Below, in pieces: positions 59,848 through 64,000 of a stretch of 64,000 bases of DNA. The notes under the pieces are model-generated. The model had not been told where the DNA came from and made no database searches. It saw only the letters and a program-made list of their open reading frames with translations. The position numbers and the translations under genes were made by a program. This DNA comes from Camelus ferus. Lineage: Eukaryota. Position 1 is the first letter of the stretch. The number at the start of each line of letters is the position of its first letter. Location: assembly GCF_009834535.1 (NCBI RefSeq), contig NC_045696.1:108812001-108876000 (forward strand), given 5' to 3'.

Positions 59848-61784
59848 AGGGTATGGGGTTCTTTGTACTAAGAACTGTTCTGTAGGTCTGAAATCATTTC
59901 AAAATTATAAAGTTTTTTTTTAAAGATAAATGGAAAGGAGTTCTGAGAAGGATGGAAGGGAAGGTGTGCCAGGGAGGACAGCCTTACTGGAGGGAGCTTC
60001 TCAGAACTGCAGGGTAATAAAAGCCCACCAGGGAGGCAGCTTGTTGACAGGGACCTAGGGGAGGTGACTTCCCCAAGTCCCAATGTTTCCTGGACAAGGA
60101 GAGCCTCGTGCTCCTCACCCCTGAGACGAGGGGCCAGGTCTTTGGAGGGGAGGCTCACTCAGGATTTGGGTCAAGAATACAAATTAATTTTCCCCCTTCC
60201 AAATACACATGTAACAGGTGTACTCGCCCAGCACCTCAACAGTTGTGAGTGGTAGTTAATTAGAAGAATGTTGCCGAACAAAGACAGCTAAATAATTGCT
60301 TCACAGAATTTTATTCCGTAACTAGTATCTCTTTAAAAATAGCACCCTCCATGAGAGAGTTTTCCATTTGTTCAAATCGCATCCAAGAAGCTGCACATCG
60401 CTACAGCAATACTTCATTGACTGCGGGAAGGAAGGGACCCAGGGAGATAGTACGTGATCCCAAAACCAAGTATCAGCTGGGTGATGGAGGGTCCCACCAT
60501 GCCAGCCTCAGGCGGCTCCTGTCTGAGCCACTCAGACTTCCTCCTTTAACGCTTCCAGAGACAGGACCCAGCTGCCATCCTGCGTGGTCCATCCCAGGAT
60601 TGTCACCCTGACAGACCCAGTCTTCTGTGATTTAGAAAATACTGGGGCAGTACTTTCCAAACTACAAACTTCCCATCCCTGAAAAGCATCATCAAGACAA
60701 TTCAGTGTCCACACACTAGTCCAGTGTCCACACATGCCCACAACTGTGCTGGCTAGTCTCCAGGAAGCACCATCAGACCCTGTCTGCAGCCCTCAGCCTC
60801 TTTTTCCCTGGGGACAGCCTGTAGTCCCCAAGCCTCCCTCAGAGTCATCCTCCAGCTGAAACGCTCTGCTGACCGACCCTCCATCCCCCACCAACCACAG
60901 AGACTGAAAATAGAATTTTCACTTCTCTCTGCCACCAGCCCACTGCATGACCCCAGGGAATTAATTCACCTCTCAGGGTATCAGATTCCTGATCTACAAA
61001 ATGATTAGAGTCAGATGCTAGGAATTAACACATGTTTTCAAGTATAGTGACCCAATTGAAGGCTAGGCTCCAAGGAGGTTCTAACGGACCGGGAACAGTG
61101 CTAGAGGACATCATCTTCCCAGGCCAAAATGCCCCATTTCTTTTAATACCACTTGGGGGGCTGGGAGGAGCCTACCAGACTTCTCATTACAGCATTATAC
61201 TCAGAGTCATGGTCATTATCGGACTGTTAAGGTCTCAGGATTTTTTTGTTCCCTCTTATACACAGTTCATCCCTGGCTGCAGTGATTTTCACCAACCATT
61301 CACCAAAAGCACCAAATACCACAGAGATGTGAATTCTGCACGTTTATTCCAACTTGGACACAATCTCTTTCCTTGAAAACCATCCAGGGTGGCAAGAAGA
61401 CCTCTTTCCTCAGTGGGGTACCACGGAAGAGGAAGCTGGAATCTGGATCACAGGTCCTCAAGGGAGGCAGCTTCCGGGAGCCAGGAAAGGAGGCATGAAA
61501 CGAGCCAAAGGGTACAGGGGATTCAGATGGGATGGGGAAAAACAGGAGCAGGAAACAAGCAAGAGCAAAGAGATGCTGGCAGGACAGGTAATGCCCATCT
61601 GAGGAGGAGCCTGGCCAGTGGCGAGGACTCAGGGTGGGTGCCCAGGGAGGGCTGCTGCAGACGGCTGTTCTGTCAGTCAGTGCCCACCTGTCCTACTTTG
61701 CATGGTCTTTGCAATTCACCTACCCCTTAGAGTGCCCCAACCCCCAACCCCCTCAGTTGCCTAAGGGAAGGAGTGATCAGTGAA

Positions 61785-62140
61785 CAGGTCAATCAGTGAA
61801 CTCAAAGCCCATGGAGTTCATAGTGACTGGTTCAGGGATGAGCACATGACCTAGGCTGGCATCAACCAAATGACTCCCAGGATTTGGGCAGGAGCTCCCA
61901 AGAGGTGAACCTCCCTGTCTGCACTGTATCAGGACAATGGACCTGCTGACCCTGATGGAGAGCGTGAGGCCGACCCAGAGGAAGTGGGGCCAGGAGACAG
62001 AAACTGAGTCCTGATAGCGTCCTGGATCCAACCATGCCTGAATCCAGCATCACACTGTGCTTTGAACTGCATGGGCCAATAAGGTGTGTGTATATGTGTC
62101 CATATGTATTGATTTCACTGTCACTCAAAACCAAAATAAC
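61785..62140 (+). mobile_element. MaLR LTR (MLT1J/K/L-like)
   Basis: 'gtgactggttcagggatgagcacatgacctaggc...cctggatccaaccatgcctgaa...tgggccaataa'. Confidence 0.7.
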
Positions 62141-62184
62141 CATGGATGTCGCCATAAGCTCAGGTTAGAGAGAAGAGAAAGTAC

Positions 62185-62330
62185 TAGACTAGGGTGTTAG
62201 ATAAACCTGGCTTCAGATCCCAGCACTGCCACACGCTAGCTCTGCGGATCTGAATGAGCCACTGAGGTTCCATAAGCCTCAGCTTCCTCATCATCAGAGT
62301 GGACCTGATGATCTGTGAGCTCATGTATGA
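62185..62330 (+). mobile_element. MIR SINE
   Basis: 'agataaacctggcttcagatcccagcactgccacacgctagctctgcgg...aagcctcagcttcctcatc'. Confidence 0.7.
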
Positions 62331-62550
62331 GAAAGCTCGGGCTCCTGGATTATTGGCTGAATCTGTGGCGTCTGTGCTCGATGCAATGGGAGACTGCAGC
62401 ATCCTGGACGGAGAATTCACTCTAAGGAAAAAATGCTTTACGTTCACTATCCTGGGCCCTGTACAGGCAGGATGCACGGGGGAAGGGGCCCAGGAGGCCC
62501 ACCGCATGATGCTCTCCTCCTGGGTGAAGAAGAGGCAGCACAGCCTGCTG

Positions 62551-62591
62551 CCCTGCCCAGCCTACCCTGCCCAGCCTACCCTGCCCAGCCT
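62551..62591 (+). repeat. Short tandem repeat (CCCTGCCCAGCCTA) x about 3
   Basis: 'ccctgcccagcctaccctgcccagcctaccctgcccagcct'. Confidence 0.9.
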
Positions 62592-62924
62592 GCTGCAGTG
62601 TCGGATGAGAGCGGAGGTCTCTTCCACACCACGGACTGCGCCGGCTAGAGGTGCCAAAAAAGATGTCATCTGCACCACCACAGCCTTCCCCCCTATAAAA
62701 TAAATGACCCCTACCCCCTCTCTCCAGGAAGGGGTAGAGAATTAACTATGAGCTCTACAAACTACTTTGTACTCCCTGTGGAGAGCCACTCTCTAGCTAT
62801 AAGGGGGTGATTAATTTTATCTCTCTAAATGTCTCAGGATCATTTGCCAAAATGATGATTTATTATTTAGACAACCTTTATATTTCCAAGGGGCTTTAAA
62901 ATCATTTAGAGTGGAGAGTGAAAT

Positions 62925-63200
62925 AAAAATGATGAGGGCCCTGAAAAACAGGGCTAGCAAAGAAACACACAAGAAAGTGGGGGTTATTTATCTAGAAGCA
63001 GAGAAGGCAGATGAAGGTCACAGCCAGCATCATCAATTACACAGAGAGCAGTGCCGTGAGAAGCCCGAATGCTCCCCCAACGCGATGGGGGGAAAGAAAT
63101 GGGAAAAGCGACAGCACTGCATCCCAGCCGACTCAGGCTGGACATCAGGATGACAACACGAAGAACTTCCTGAACTTATGCCAGTCTCAAGTCCACATCT
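62925..63200 (+). mobile_element. CR1/L3 LINE ORF2 C-terminal fragment
   Basis: KMMRALKNRASKETHKKVGVIYLE resembles the CR1 motif RMVKGLE..SYEERLKELGLFSLE; followed by 'gaagaacttcctgaac'. Confidence 0.55.
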
Positions 63201-63429
63201 GAGAAATGTTTTCCATTACCTTCCACGGTGTAATACCATCTGGGGGAAATCTAATACAGAAAGGCAACGCAGATACAGTCAAAGAGACGCAACTTCATGG
63301 AAGGAAAAGATGAAAAAAGTGGTAGAAAATGGAGAGGACAAATGTAAGGCTTCTTTAAGAAAGAGAAAGAAATGGTGAACACTGTATCCCATGAGCCAAA
63401 CCACAGAAGGTAGGAACCGGAGAGTATTT

Positions 63430-63900
63430 ATACACAGAAGAAATACGGCGGTCTCCTGGGATGATGAGTTGAGTAAGAACCACCAAACCCACCTCCTTTC
63501 CTGCTTGAAAGTTTTCCCGGGCCACTAAATCATGCTGTATCTAGATTTCAGTAAAGCCCTTCATGAAATGGTGGATCAGATGGAGACGCACAGGCCGAGA
63601 CAAGTACAAATTGGTAGATTCACAGCTGGCAGAGTAACACTCCCAAAGAGGGCCTCATGGAAGCAACATCTCCTGTGAGAGTCACAGGCTCAGTGCTCCC
63701 TGGCATTTTTACCAATCACTTGGATGAAACCCTACGAGGGACATTCATCCAATCTCAATTGCTGGGAGGCTCAGCCAAAACCAACCAGAGAAAATGAACG
63801 GTCTTGCTCATGGAGGTTCAAAGCCATCCCATCAGAGCTGGAGCAGATCCGGCCTGATTGGCATCTACGTTGCCAAACTGCAGACCAATGGCCAGGCTTC
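63430..63900 (+). mobile_element. CR1/L3 LINE reverse-transcriptase fragment
   Basis: 'tatctagatttcagtaaagccctt' = YLDFSKAL (CR1 YLDFSKAFD); 'atttttaccaatcacttggatgaa' = IFTNHLDE (CR1 IFINDLDE). Confidence 0.75.
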
Positions 63901-64000
63901 TGGAAATAACAGCAGATCCCTAAACCTTCAATGCACCCTCCCTACCACAGGATTCATCAACAGGCAGGCCACGGACTGTCTTCTGGTTTTGAAGGTCAAA

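Noticed and set aside
1..64000. A novel multi-gene system or intact retroelement/ERV
   Set aside because: All RT, endonuclease and transposase traces are fragmentary with stops and frameshifts; no intact gene, tRNA, rRNA or snRNA was recognisable.

Overview
Mammalian, non-coding, moderately GC-rich genomic DNA (intergenic or deep intronic). The short young L1 3'-end copies (6443-6531, 43704-43895, 52241-52470) and the L1 at 16478-16849 look cetartiodactyl and, from my recollection of the consensus, camelid. I saw no ruminant Bov/ART2A, pig PRE-1 or primate Alu SINEs. The species assignment is an inference. I found no convincing protein-coding gene, RNA gene or CRISPR-like array; the ORF track is explained by chance ORFs, microsatellites and decayed transposon frames. 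Much of the window is recognisable interspersed repeat: L1, L2, CR1/L3, MIR, MLT1/MaLR LTRs, one ERV1-type solo LTR, hAT elements (MER33, MER53, MER102-like, Charlie4-like), a Tigger-type pogo element and a MADE2 MITE. Repeat family names come from remembered consensus sequences and most boundaries are approximate. Two things stand out. (i) A minus-strand L1-clade ORF2 fossil at ~8960-9900 whose residual protein motifs resemble non-mammalian vertebrate L1 more than typical eutherian L1. (ii) A series of repeat-free AT-rich islands with clustered PBX-HOX, MEIS, HOX/CDX, GATA/FOX and TCF motifs, suggesting a developmental enhancer landscape. I did not find evidence for a new multi-gene biological system.
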